A DNA stretch of 64,000 nucleotides, taken from NCBI GenBank assembly GCA_963782595.1, contig CAWAKJ010000002.1, forward strand, positions 451,274 through 515,273, in the 5' to 3' direction. The notes under the pieces are model-generated. The model had not been told where the DNA came from, searched no databases, and saw nothing but the letters and a program-made list of their open reading frames with translations. This document shows positions 20,176-31,602 of this stretch, piece after piece. Numbering within the stretch: position 1 is the stretch's first letter; each line of letters starts with the position of its first letter. The position numbers and the translations under genes were made by a program. The stretch comes from Vicinamibacterales bacterium. Its GTDB lineage: Bacteria; Acidobacteriota; Vicinamibacteria; Vicinamibacterales; JAMQPK01.

Positions 20176-21225
20176 GAACGGCGGCAGCTTGATGCCGAGC
20201 ATCACTCTCATGTAATTGACGTTGTGCGAGAGATAGTCGTCGATGGCGAGCTCGAGATTCCCGCCAATCGCGTCGAAGCCGTCGTCGCCCTTCCTTGGTC
20301 CATCCATGTCGAAAATCGCCCAGCCCTTGTAGCGCCGGTCGCGCAAGAGTTTGAAGACGGCCGGGAAATCGACGCCGCCACCGCCCATGTTGTGATACAC
20401 GCTCGCCACCTTATGCGACTCCTGCGTCGGCGTCGAAGTGTTGCCTCGGTACTTCGCGTAGGTATCTTTCAGGTGCACCTCGGCGATGCGCGGGAAATAG
20501 TCGCTCATGATCTGCACCGCATCCATGCCGCCCAGCGTCAGATGCCCGGTGTCGGTCGTGAGCCACACATATTTGGGATCGGTCAGCTCCATCACGCGGC
20601 GCACGTCGCTCTCGCGCTCCATGGGCCCCCAGATATGAGGATGCGGAGCGAGCCTGATGCCCATCGCAATCGTCTGCCGGCCGATCTCGTTAAGGGTGTT
20701 GGCGAGTCTCTTCAGTTGATCGTCGCTCGGCCCACCGACGGGCCGGGCGCCCATGTTGCACTTCCAGAGCGTGCAGCCGAACGGCTGGAGAAAATCGCGC
20801 GCAAATGCCACGTGATCGGCAATCGTTTTCGGGATCTGATCGGGGTCGATGAAGTTGGTCGACTGTCCCTTCGCGCCGTTGGACACGTCGATCATCGTGA
20901 GGCCCGCGTCGTCGAAGAGCTTCTTGAGCGCCAGCGGATTGCTCCGGTACTGCTCGATCTGCTGGGCGTACGGCTCGATGCCCTGCAACCCGAGGGCGGA
21001 GACCCGCTTGATGGCCCATTCGATACTGCGTGCGCCGCTCCAGAGCGAGCTGGTGCTGCCGAAGAGAATGTCGGGATTGACGGGATCGAGCGGCTTGTGC
21101 GCAACCGCACCCCATGCACTGGATGGGCCGACGAGACTCGCCGCGGCTGCCGCGCCGCCCACGGCCATGGCATACGACATGAAGTCACGCCTGTTGACGC
21201 GGCCTTCGGTAAGACGTTGGGACAT
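20173..21225 (-). CDS. Tat-exported sugar-phosphate isomerase/epimerase (xylose-isomerase-like TIM barrel)
   Basis: 350 aa. It has a twin-arginine signal (RVNRRDFMSYAMAVGGAAAAASL) and a TIM-barrel pattern of the AP-endonuclease-2/xylose-isomerase-like family. Confidence 0.8.
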   Translation of the reverse strand: MSQRLTEGRVNRRDFMSYAMAVGGAAAAASLVGPSSAWGAVAHKPLDPVNPDILFGSTSSLWSGARSIEWAIKRVSALGLQGIEPYAQQIEQYRSNPLALKKLFDDAGLTMIDVSNGAKGQSTNFIDPDQIPKTIADHVAFARDFLQPFGCTLWKCNMGARPVGGPSDDQLKRLANTLNEIGRQTIAMGIRLAPHPHIWGPMERESDVRRVMELTDPKYVWLTTDTGHLTLGGMDAVQIMSDYFPRIAEVHLKDTYAKYRGNTSTPTQESHKVASVYHNMGGGGVDFPAVFKLLRDRRYKGWAIFDMDGPRKGDDGFDAIGGNLELAIDDYLSHNVNYMRVMLGIKLPPF

Positions 21226-21284
21226 GGACGCTCTCTTTCTGCTTGAAGTGTTGTGTCGCTTCGCGCGGCGCCTATTGTATTACG

Positions 21285-22673
21285 ATGGCGATGCCCCCGG
21301 CTCGTGAAGCTGTGCCCCGATATCGTTTCAGCGAATTCATCCTGTCCCCGCGACGCCGCGTGCTCACCCGCAACGGGCAGGAGGAGCCGCTCATCCCCCG
21401 GTATTTCGATTTGCTCGTCTTTCTCATCGAACGGCGCAGCGAAGCGGTACATCGCCGCGACATCTTCGATCGGATCTGGAGCGATGTCGTCGTCTCGGAC
21501 AGCGCGCTGAGCCAGGCCATCCGGACAATCCGCCGGGTGCTCGGCGATGATTCGCGAGAGCCGCGCTACGTTCGCACGGTTTCCCGGCACGGTTACCGGT
21601 TCGTCTTCCCGGACGTGGTCGAGGAAGATGACGAAGGGGCGTGGCCGAGCGCGGGAATGAGGCCTCCCGATCGCGTGATCCCGGCCGAGGTACCCTCCGA
21701 GCCGTACGAGGTCCTCCTGCACCGTATCACTCGGGTCGCGGCCAGTGCGACCGAGGAAGAAGAGCAGCGCGAGGCGGCGGAGTTGCTGCACGCCCTTGGC
21801 ACGTCCGAGGCGTTGCGTGTCCTTGGCACTCGTCCTCGCCACACGTTCGCGCGTGCGCTGCTGCGCGACACCCGTTGGGATGCGGCGGAAGCCGGCGACG
21901 TCCCGATTTTCGGCGCGCCCGCACCTCTCGCCACAGCGCGCGAGCTGGTGAGCCTGCGGCTGCGCCGCGCTGCCGCAGTTGCTGCGGCACGATGGACCAG
22001 CGCGTCGATCGGGGGTGGCCTTGCGGGCGTCGTTGGCGGCGCCACGGGCGGTTTGATCCTCACCGCCGCACCTGGGAGCGCGGCCTCACTCGCCATTGTT
22101 CCGGTGCTCGCTGTCATCGGAGGTTGCTGTGGCGCTGCCGGCGGCGCTGGTGTCGGCGCGGGGTTGGCGGTAGCGGAGTCGAGTGTGCGATCCCGGCGCG
22201 CCATTGCGTTGATGTGTGGCGCCGCGTTGGGCGGCGGCATTGCCGGCTTCGTTGCGCAATGGCTCAGTCGGTGGAGTCTGGCCGCACTTGTCGGAGTGAA
22301 CATGGACATCGGGGGCGGCCTGGAGGGCCTCGCGATCGGCAGCGCGGCAGGAGTAGGCTACAGCGTCGCCACGGCACATTCCGAGGGTGGGCTCGCCGCG
22401 CCGCGCGGCCGACAACGGCTCAGCGCCGCGGCGGCGATCGCCGCATCCTGCGGATTGTCGGCGCTGGCCCTTGCCCTGGCCGGGCGGCCGCTGGTTGGCG
22501 GCACCATTCACCTTCTCGCCCAAGCGTCGGCAGGATCGCAAGCGACTTTGACATCTCTCGGCCGGTTGATAGGTGAAACAGATTTTGGCCTGATGACTGC
22601 CGCCCTGATTGCGACCGGCGAAGGTGCGCTCTTTGGTCTGGGCCTGGCCCTCGGGCTGACCCGCCGTCCATAA
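21285..22673 (+). CDS. CadC/OmpR-type winged-helix DNA-binding protein fused to a glycine-zipper-rich membrane domain
   Basis: The N-terminus [55 protein letters not shown]...RHGYRFVF is a trans_reg_C domain. The C-terminal ~230 aa are Gly/Ala-rich hydrophobic segments ([37 protein letters not shown]). The ATG at 21285 is preferred. Confidence 0.7.
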   Translation: MAMPPAREAVPRYRFSEFILSPRRRVLTRNGQEEPLIPRYFDLLVFLIERRSEAVHRRDIFDRIWSDVVVSDSALSQAIRTIRRVLGDDSREPRYVRTVSRHGYRFVFPDVVEEDDEGAWPSAGMRPPDRVIPAEVPSEPYEVLLHRITRVAASATEEEEQREAAELLHALGTSEALRVLGTRPRHTFARALLRDTRWDAAEAGDVPIFGAPAPLATARELVSLRLRRAAAVAAARWTSASIGGGLAGVVGGATGGLILTAAPGSAASLAIVPVLAVIGGCCGAAGGAGVGAGLAVAESSVRSRRAIALMCGAALGGGIAGFVAQWLSRWSLAALVGVNMDIGGGLEGLAIGSAAGVGYSVATAHSEGGLAAPRGRQRLSAAAAIAASCGLSALALALAGRPLVGGTIHLLAQASAGSQATLTSLGRLIGETDFGLMTAALIATGEGALFGLGLALGLTRRP

Positions 22674-22683
22674 TTGGTGGCCC

Positions 22684-23605
22684 ATGAAATCCGATTCCGT
22701 CCGCCAGACGTTTACCGCGGCGCTGGACGCGCTGGTCGGCGAAATCAAGAAGGATCGTTCCATTCTGGCCGTCGTGCTCTGCGGCAGCCTCTCTCACGAC
22801 ACCGTCTGGGCAAAGTCGGATATCGATCTCGTGCTGGTGACCATCGACGACAAGAAGCTCGAGTGTACCGATGTCGCGCTGAATGCGGATGGCGTGAACG
22901 TTCACGCGTTTCTGATGCCGCGGACCGAGTTTCGGAAGACCGTCGAAGGTTCTGAAAACAATTCCTTCTTCCATGCGTTCCTCGCGAAGGGCCGGCTCCT
23001 CTATACGCACGATCGGACGATTGAAGACCTGTGTGCGAGACTCAACCAGATCGGTGAGCGCGACACAGAAGTGCAGCTGCTGCGGGCCGCGACGTCGGCC
23101 CTGCCGCCGATGTACAAGGCGCACAAGTGGCTCACCACCAGAGGCGATCTCGACTACACGGCCCTGTGGATTCTGTACACCGCTACGCCGCTCGCGCGCA
23201 TCGAGGTCCTCAGCCGCCGTTTGATTGCCGATCGGGAAGTACTTCCGCAGGCGATGACGCTGAACCCGTCGTTCTTCAAAACCGTCTATGCCGATCTCAT
23301 CAATACCAGGAAGACGGCGAGCAGCGTGCAGGCGGCCCTCGATGCCATTGACGCGTACGTGTCGGACCGCGCCCCGGCGCTGTTCGCGCTCGTCATCGAC
23401 TATCTGCGCGAGGTGGGCGACGCACGCTCGAGCAATGAGATCGAGACCTACTTCAAACGGAACTTCGACGTCGAGGGCGTGACGATTGCCTGCGAGTACC
23501 TTGCGGATCAGGGCATCATCGGCAAGGCGGCAACGCCGGTTCGCCTGACCAAGAAGAGCAACGTCGACGTGCAGGAGCTGGCATTCTTCTACACCTCCAA
23601 CGCTC

Positions 23606-23616
<11 letters not shown>
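22684..23616 (+). CDS. KNTase-like nucleotidyltransferase with helical (HEPN-like) middle domain and C-terminal winged-helix-like region
   Basis: 310 aa with the minimal NTase signature [21 protein letters not shown] (GS...DxD). An Rx4H string (RLLYTH) follows. The last 11 nt overlap the UvrA-family start. Confidence 0.7.
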
Positions 23617-26523
<2,907 letters not shown>

Positions 26524-26524
<1 letters not shown>

Positions 26525-26573
26525 GGCGGGTCTTGAACTGCAAGACCCGCCTTACTGCCTTCAAGACCCGCCC
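26524..26573. terminator. GGGCGGGTCTTG hairpin with two alternative right arms
   Basis: The left arm GGGCGGGTCTTG (26524-26535) can pair with CAAGACCCGCC (26541-26551, loop AACTG) or with CAAGACCCGCCC (26562-26573). It starts on the last base of the uvrA stop codon. Confidence 0.55.
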
Positions 26574-26666
26574 TCCTTGCGATTCTCATCGACATCTCAC
26601 TCAATGCTCACAACTCGCTGAAGACTTCCGCTCCTCGACCACCGATGCTTCTCATGGAGGACATCG

Positions 26667-27140
26667 ATGGAGACGCTCACGCCCACTATTGCCTGTCATC
26701 ACGCCAGCATCCACATCACCACCGTGCAGCCGACCGAGTTCATCGACCTGACGGACCGGCTCGAACGGTTCGTAGCCGAAGCGGGCTTGTGGTCCGGCAT
26801 TCTCAACGTCCAGACGCTTCACACGACGACAGCGATCGTTGTCAACGAACACGAGCCGCTGCTGTTGACCGACTTTCAGGCCCTTCTCGAGGCTGCCGCG
26901 CCGGGTGAAGGCCGATACCGGCACGACGACCCGACCACGCGCACAGTGAACGTGACAGAGGGTGAGCGTCCCAACGGACATGCCCATTGTCGTGCGTTGC
27001 TGCTGCCGTCTTCGGCCTGCCTTAACGTGACGAAAGGGCGGCTGCTGCTCGGACGATGGCAGCGGGTATTCCTCGTGGAACTGGATGGTCCGCGCGAGCG
27101 CGACATTTCTGTGCTCGTGCTCGGAGAGGGCGGGCAATGA
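26667..27140 (+). CDS. yjbQ: YjbQ/UPF0047-family protein (secondary thiamine-phosphate synthase-like)
   Basis: 157 aa with LNVQTLHTTTAIVVNEHEPLLLTDF...NGHAHCRALLLPSSACLNVTKGRLLLGRWQRVFLVELDGPRER, characteristic of YjbQ. The SD GGAGGA lies 7 nt upstream. Confidence 0.8.
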   Translation: METLTPTIACHHASIHITTVQPTEFIDLTDRLERFVAEAGLWSGILNVQTLHTTTAIVVNEHEPLLLTDFQALLEAAAPGEGRYRHDDPTTRTVNVTEGERPNGHAHCRALLLPSSACLNVTKGRLLLGRWQRVFLVELDGPRERDISVLVLGEGGQ

Positions 27141-28570
27141 GGGTCAAGATGATCCTGCCGGCACTGACGGAGGCCACGAGTCCGTTCTGGCGTCCGATCA
27201 AGTACTCGCTGTTCCCGCCGCTCGGCCTTGCCACGTTGGCCGCGTACCTCGGAGATGACGCCACCGTGGAGATTCGGGACGAGCACGTGGAGGTGCTCGA
27301 TCTGAACGACTCTCCAGACCTCGTCGTCATTCAGGTCTACATCACCTCTGCGCATCGTGCCTATCGCATTGCCGATCACTACCGCGCCCGCGGAGCGTTC
27401 GTGGTACTTGGCGGACTGCACGTGACGTCGCTGCCAGAAGAAGCCGCCTTGCACGCGGATGCGATCTTCCTCGGACCCGGCGAGGACACATGGCCGCAGT
27501 TCCTGACCGATTTCAGAGCCGGTTCCCCGAAACGCGTGTATCAGTCAACGCTGCGCACGCTGGCCGATCTTCCGCCGATTCGCCGGGATCTGATCAAGCG
27601 ACAGCTCTATCTCGTCCCGAATTCCATTGTCGTCTCGCGCGGCTGCCCGCACGTGTGCGACTTCTGCTACAAGGATGCGTTCTTCGAAGGCGGACGCTCC
27701 TTCTATACCCAGACGGTCGACGCGGCGCTCGCCGAAATCGAGCGGCTGCCGGGCCGGCACTTGTACTTCCTGGATGATCACCTCTTCGGCGATCGCCGCT
27801 TCGCGGCGGCACTGTTCGATGGCATGAAGGGGATGGGGCGCCTCTGGCAAGCCGCCGGAACCGTGAACGCCGTGCTTGCGCCCGGTCTTCTCGAGCGTGC
27901 GGTGCAGGCGGGACTCCGAAGCCTCTTCGTCGGATTCGAGACGCTCAACCCTGACAATCTGATCGAGCAGCACAAGTACCAGAACATGCGGCGCGACTAC
28001 TCAGGGGCGATTCGCCGCCTGCACGACGCCGGGGTCATGATCAACGGGAGCTTCGTCTTCGGTATGGATGGCGACGACGCGTCGGTGTTCGCGCGCACCG
28101 TCGAGTGGGCCATCGAGCAAGGCATCGAGACGGCCACGTTTCACATCCTCACTCCGTACCCCGGCACAGCGCTCTACAAACGCATATCAGACCAGGGCCG
28201 GATCACGATTCAGGACTGGGATTTCTACGATACCCGCCACGCCGTCTTCCGCCCGGCGCGCATGACGGCATCGGAGCTCGAACACGGTTACCACTGGGCC
28301 TACCGCGAGTTCTACAAGTGGACGTCGATCGTGCGCGGCGCATCCGCTCACCGAGATCTGGTGGCCGGACTGCGCCATCTGGGATACTCGGCGGGATGGA
28401 AGAAATTCGAGCCGCTCTGGGATTGTGTCATTCGCGCCAAGCGCGCGGGTGCGATGCTGCCCGTTCTCGAGACGATTCTGAGTGAGTTTGGGAGGCGCGG
28501 TCCGGTGGATGAATTTGTCCGGCGCCGCCGTGTCACCTGCTCTGGGCCTTGCGCTTCGCCCGCGCCTTGA
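27137..28570 (+). CDS. B12-binding-domain radical SAM enzyme (COG1032-like), function unknown
   Basis: MRVKMILPALTEATSPFWRPIKYSLFPPLGLATLAAYL plus a Rossmann-like B12 domain. The radical SAM cluster motif is SRGCPHVCDFCY. The ATG at 27137 overlaps the yjbQ stop (ATGA). The supplied start at 27056 is an upstream Arg-rich extension. Confidence 0.85.
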   Translation: MRVKMILPALTEATSPFWRPIKYSLFPPLGLATLAAYLGDDATVEIRDEHVEVLDLNDSPDLVVIQVYITSAHRAYRIADHYRARGAFVVLGGLHVTSLPEEAALHADAIFLGPGEDTWPQFLTDFRAGSPKRVYQSTLRTLADLPPIRRDLIKRQLYLVPNSIVVSRGCPHVCDFCYKDAFFEGGRSFYTQTVDAALAEIERLPGRHLYFLDDHLFGDRRFAAALFDGMKGMGRLWQAAGTVNAVLAPGLLERAVQAGLRSLFVGFETLNPDNLIEQHKYQNMRRDYSGAIRRLHDAGVMINGSFVFGMDGDDASVFARTVEWAIEQGIETATFHILTPYPGTALYKRISDQGRITIQDWDFYDTRHAVFRPARMTASELEHGYHWAYREFYKWTSIVRGASAHRDLVAGLRHLGYSAGWKKFEPLWDCVIRAKRAGAMLPVLETILSEFGRRGPVDEFVRRRRVTCSGPCASPAP

Positions 28571-29156
28571 CCCACGACGCATAGTCCTTTGGGACATCGA
28601 GCTTCTTGAGCGCGTACCATGCGGCGATTATCTCGGCACGCGTCGCCTTTTTATCAGCGGCCAGGAAATCAGCGACGAAGTTGTTGTAGCGACCTATAGG
28701 GATCCTCTCGAATCGCTGTATCTTGTTTAGGACAATGTACTGCCGGACGAGATCGCCGTACGTGGGGCGCGCGCCGCTCGTGATCTGTTCTTCTCGCCAG
28801 CGGTTCAGGCGATACCAGACTCCGGACTTCTTGCGCACAGCTGGCGCCATCCGATGGCCCTGTTCGATGATGAAGTCCTTCGTCTCACGGTTGCTCGTGT
28901 AGTTCTCGATCCTGAGCTTCAGGTGGAGGCCACGTTCAACGTCCTTCGGACCCGTCCTGCGCAATGAACGCTTCGTGGGCAATGCAGCATTGCCCGTGCG
29001 CAGGAACACCAAAATGGCCCTTTCGAGTTCGTCCTTTCGCAGCTTCGTCGCGGCGGGGATACCGATGCTCTCGGCGAAGTCCTTCAGTTGCTCGCGATAC
29101 CAATAGCCGTTCTCGAACTCGCGCACTGTCATCGTCGGAGAGAGGACGCTGGCCAT
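28533..29156 (-). CDS. Hypothetical protein with SAP-like N-terminal motif, in a lower-GC patch
   Basis: 207 aa from MASVLSPTMTVREFENGYWYREQLKDFAESIGIPAATKLRKDELERAILVFL. The upstream 114 aa of the supplied ORF are Arg/Pro noise. Hand counts of three 60-nt lines inside gave 43%, 50% and 68% G+C. The 3' end overlaps the radical SAM gene by 38 nt. Confidence 0.55.
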   Translation of the reverse strand: MASVLSPTMTVREFENGYWYREQLKDFAESIGIPAATKLRKDELERAILVFLRTGNAALPTKRSLRRTGPKDVERGLHLKLRIENYTSNRETKDFIIEQGHRMAPAVRKKSGVWYRLNRWREEQITSGARPTYGDLVRQYIVLNKIQRFERIPIGRYNNFVADFLAADKKATRAEIIAAWYALKKLDVPKDYASWVKARAKRKAQSR

Positions 29157-29295
29157 GCTGCGACAGCTTACCTCGTTCGGCGACGCCGTCCGAGACCGTT
29201 GGCTTCTCCGCTCACCAGTCACGGGATCGCCACGATCGATTCCGCGTACTAACTGGCGCTGATGGCGATGGCAAACAGTCTCGCGTGATCGAGCT

Positions 29296-29577
29296 TTGTG
29301 TCGCGCGCCGGGGACATTTGCGATCGCGGCGGCGGTCAAGCGAGCAGTGTGGGAGCGTGACGGCGGACGATGCGCATTCAAGGGCCGGCAAGGGCAGTGC
29401 GGCGAACGGGGTTTTCTCGAGTACCACCACGTGGTGCCATTCGCAGCGGGCGGCCAAACATCGCCGGCGAATATTGAACTGCGGTACCGATCGCACAACG
29501 GGTACGAAGCCGACCAGTACTTTCGCGGAGCGCCCCTGCTGCGAGAGCGCCAGATGGTTTACGGAGTGCAGCCGTAA
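29296..29577 (+). pseudogene. HNH endonuclease remnant (C-terminal nuclease core only)
   Basis: AAAVKRAVWERDGGRCAFKGRQGQCGERGFLEYHHVVPFAAGGQTSPANIELRYRSHNGYEA matches the HNH core, but a zinc-ligand Cys position reads Tyr (RYRSHN). The frame is closed by a TGA at 29260, only 12 codons upstream of the TTG start. The usual N-terminal region is therefore missing. Confidence 0.55.
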
Positions 29578-29807
29578 CTCGTTCCAGAACGAGTCGCGGT
29601 TGCAGCCGCGCCACCTCACCGATCGGCGCGATTTCTCAGCGCACGATCGCGGTCAACCACACGTACCGCTGTTGTCCGCGCCCCAATTGAGCGACGGATG
29701 GTACGGCGAGGAGCACGCACTTCGCGCGCGTCCTCGTGAGCCGTGCGCTGGATGGGCGCGGATCTTGAACGTGATTCGTATCGTCCGCCGCGTGCGAAAG
29801 GAGCGAT

Positions 29808-30327
29808 CGTGACAGTCGTCAATCACACAGAGTTCGTCAAACCGGCCGAAATCACGTCCGACAAGGCCGCGCCGCACATGACCACGCGCCAGCTGGGGGA
29901 GCATTCGTGGGTCGTCATCTTCCTGGCCGGCGACGAAGTGTTTTCAGGCCTGACACGATGGGCGCGAGAACATCAGATCAGCACCGGTCATTTCACAGGG
30001 ATTGGTGCCTGGAGCTCGGCGGTTCTTGGCTACTACGACCTCGAGAAAAAAGCGTACCGCAGGAACATGGTCGGCGAGCAGGTCGAGCTCCTTTCACTTA
30101 TCGGCGACCTGGCCGTCAATAACGGCCGCACGGTCGTACATGCGCATGCCGTTGTGGGCATGTCTGATGGTTCGGTACGTGGCGGTCATCTTCTCGAGGC
30201 ATATGCGTCGCCGACGACGGAGATTTTCGTGACGACATCGTGGGTGACGGTCTTCAAGCAATTTGATGCAAAGTCTGGATTGGATCTGCTGCTCCCGACA
30301 AACGGGAAAAAGAGTGAGCCGCGATGA
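29808..30327 (+). CDS. PPC-domain (DUF296) protein
   Basis: HSWVVIFLAGDEVFSGLTRWAREHQISTGHFTGIGAWSSAVLGYYD...VHAHAVVGMSDGSVRGGHLLEAYASPTTEIFVT is typical of DUF296. I prefer the GTG at 29808 because AAAGGAG lies 6 nt upstream. ATG 29878 is an alternative. Confidence 0.7.
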
Positions 30328-30402
30328 GTTCTACTTTCTGATACAGCCGGATCGGGCAAATCTTGACAGGCTAAGGCTTTCCGCCCGATCATCGGCCAAG
30401 CG

Positions 30403-31602
30403 ATGCAGCTCTCTCGACGAGGCCAACCCGCGCCGCTGGGCGTGCTGTTCGATTCTTCTCTCGACGGCGGCGTCGACCAGATTCTGGCGCTCGCGATGCT
30501 GTTCGGCTTCGCGGCAACGCAGCAGATCCGCGTGCCTTCGGCCAGCACGAGCCGTTTCAACCTGAAAAATGCCGCCTTCCTGGATCTGGTTGCGCGCTTC
30601 TTCGCCGCCGAACTGGCGGGCGACTTCGTCCAGAACAGAATCCCGCTGCCGATAGGCATGTATTCGTCCGGCAAACAGACGGATGCGGTACCACCGATGG
30701 TATCGGCCGTCCTCGCCAGAGTTGGTGCTGATGGTGCGCCAGCCTATCCTCGCGGAATCGAAAAACTGAACGATACCGCCGATCCGGTGGCGCTGATACG
30801 AAACGCGCTCAGCGGGTATGCCGATGGAAACGCCGCGCTCGTGCTCGCCGGTTCCCCCGCGAATCTTCTGTCGCTCATGGCCAACCCGGATGGGAAGAAT
30901 TGGGCCGGCAGGAAGCCGCGCGTATTGAGCATTGCCGGCGGACAGTTCGACGGGAATGTCGTCGATCCGGTCATCAAGGCCGATATCGCGGGTTACCGGA
31001 AGCTCCTGGCTGAATGGCCCACCCGCATCGTCATGGCGGGCTCGGAGCTGAGCGACACGCTGCCGTTTCCCGGCAGCAGCCTCGAGGCGATTGCCGCGTG
31101 GGCGCCGAATCATCCGGTCGTCGACGCCTATCGCGCATTCAAGTCGATGCCCTACGACGCACCGTCGCAGGCGCTCGCGGCGGTGCTGTATGCCGTAAAG
31201 CCGGAGGACAACTACTTCGACCTTTCGGAACCCGGCACGATCAGCATTCTTGACAATGGTCGAACGCGATTCACGCCGGCGCCCGGGGGCAGACATCATT
31301 ATTTAATCGTCCGGCCCGATCAGAAGGAGCGCGTGCTGGAGACGTACGTGAAGTTGATCACGACTCAGCCACCGCCGCCCCCGGCGCGCGGGCGCAGAGG
31401 CGGCCAACAACAACAGCAACAGCAGCAACAACAGCCTCCCGCGCGAGGCCGCGGTGCCGCCGGCGTGGCGCCACTCGCACTGCTGGGCGCGATCGCGGCG
31501 ACCATGATGCTCGGGGTGCCCGCGCGTATCAGCGGGCAGGGCGACGAGTTCGACACCGACGGTACGCCCGGTGCTGACGCAGACGTGCGCGACGTGTCAT
31601 AA
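30403..31602 (+). CDS. Inosine-uridine nucleoside-hydrolase-like protein with low-complexity Pro/Arg/Gln tail; 3' boundary unreliable
   Basis: LGVLFDSSLDGGVDQILALAMLFG resembles the N-terminal Asp cluster of nucleoside hydrolases, though it is degenerate. The fold-like sequence ends at ...ETYVKLITTQ. The frame then runs through PPPPPARGRRGG-Q10-PPARGRGAAG into what looks like the signal peptide of the next gene. Confidence 0.5.
   Translation: MQLSRRGQPAPLGVLFDSSLDGGVDQILALAMLFGFAATQQIRVPSASTSRFNLKNAAFLDLVARFFAAELAGDFVQNRIPLPIGMYSSGKQTDAVPPMVSAVLARVGADGAPAYPRGIEKLNDTADPVALIRNALSGYADGNAALVLAGSPANLLSLMANPDGKNWAGRKPRVLSIAGGQFDGNVVDPVIKADIAGYRKLLAEWPTRIVMAGSELSDTLPFPGSSLEAIAAWAPNHPVVDAYRAFKSMPYDAPSQALAAVLYAVKPEDNYFDLSEPGTISILDNGRTRFTPAPGGRHHYLIVRPDQKERVLETYVKLITTQPPPPPARGRRGGQQQQQQQQQQPPARGRGAAGVAPLALLGAIAATMMLGVPARISGQGDEFDTDGTPGADADVRDVS
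31405..31434 (+). repeat. (CAA/CAG)x10 trinucleotide tract encoding Q10
   Basis: CAACAACAACAGCAACAGCAGCAACAACAG, in frame with ORF 30403..31602. It is flanked by similar PPARGR-coding segments. Confidence 0.9.

Noticed and set aside
29296-29577. HNH gene as evidence of an active mobile element or homing endonuclease
   Set aside because: The ORF is truncated (a stop lies 12 codons upstream of a TTG start) and a metal-ligand position is substituted. No transposase, integrase, intron/intein context or terminal repeats are visible. It is treated as a remnant.
30350-30390. GATCGGGC...GCCCGATC inverted repeat enclosing a TTGACA (30363-30368) upstream of the nucleoside-hydrolase-like gene
   Set aside because: The stem is only 8 bp with a 25-nt loop, and I could find no matching -10 at proper spacing. 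Evidence is insufficient for a promoter or operator call.
31405-31434. CAA/CAG tract as a slipped-strand phase-variation switch
   Set aside because: The unit length is 3 nt, so length changes keep the frame. Mixed CAA/CAG codons also reduce slippage. It may vary in length but cannot switch the gene on and off.
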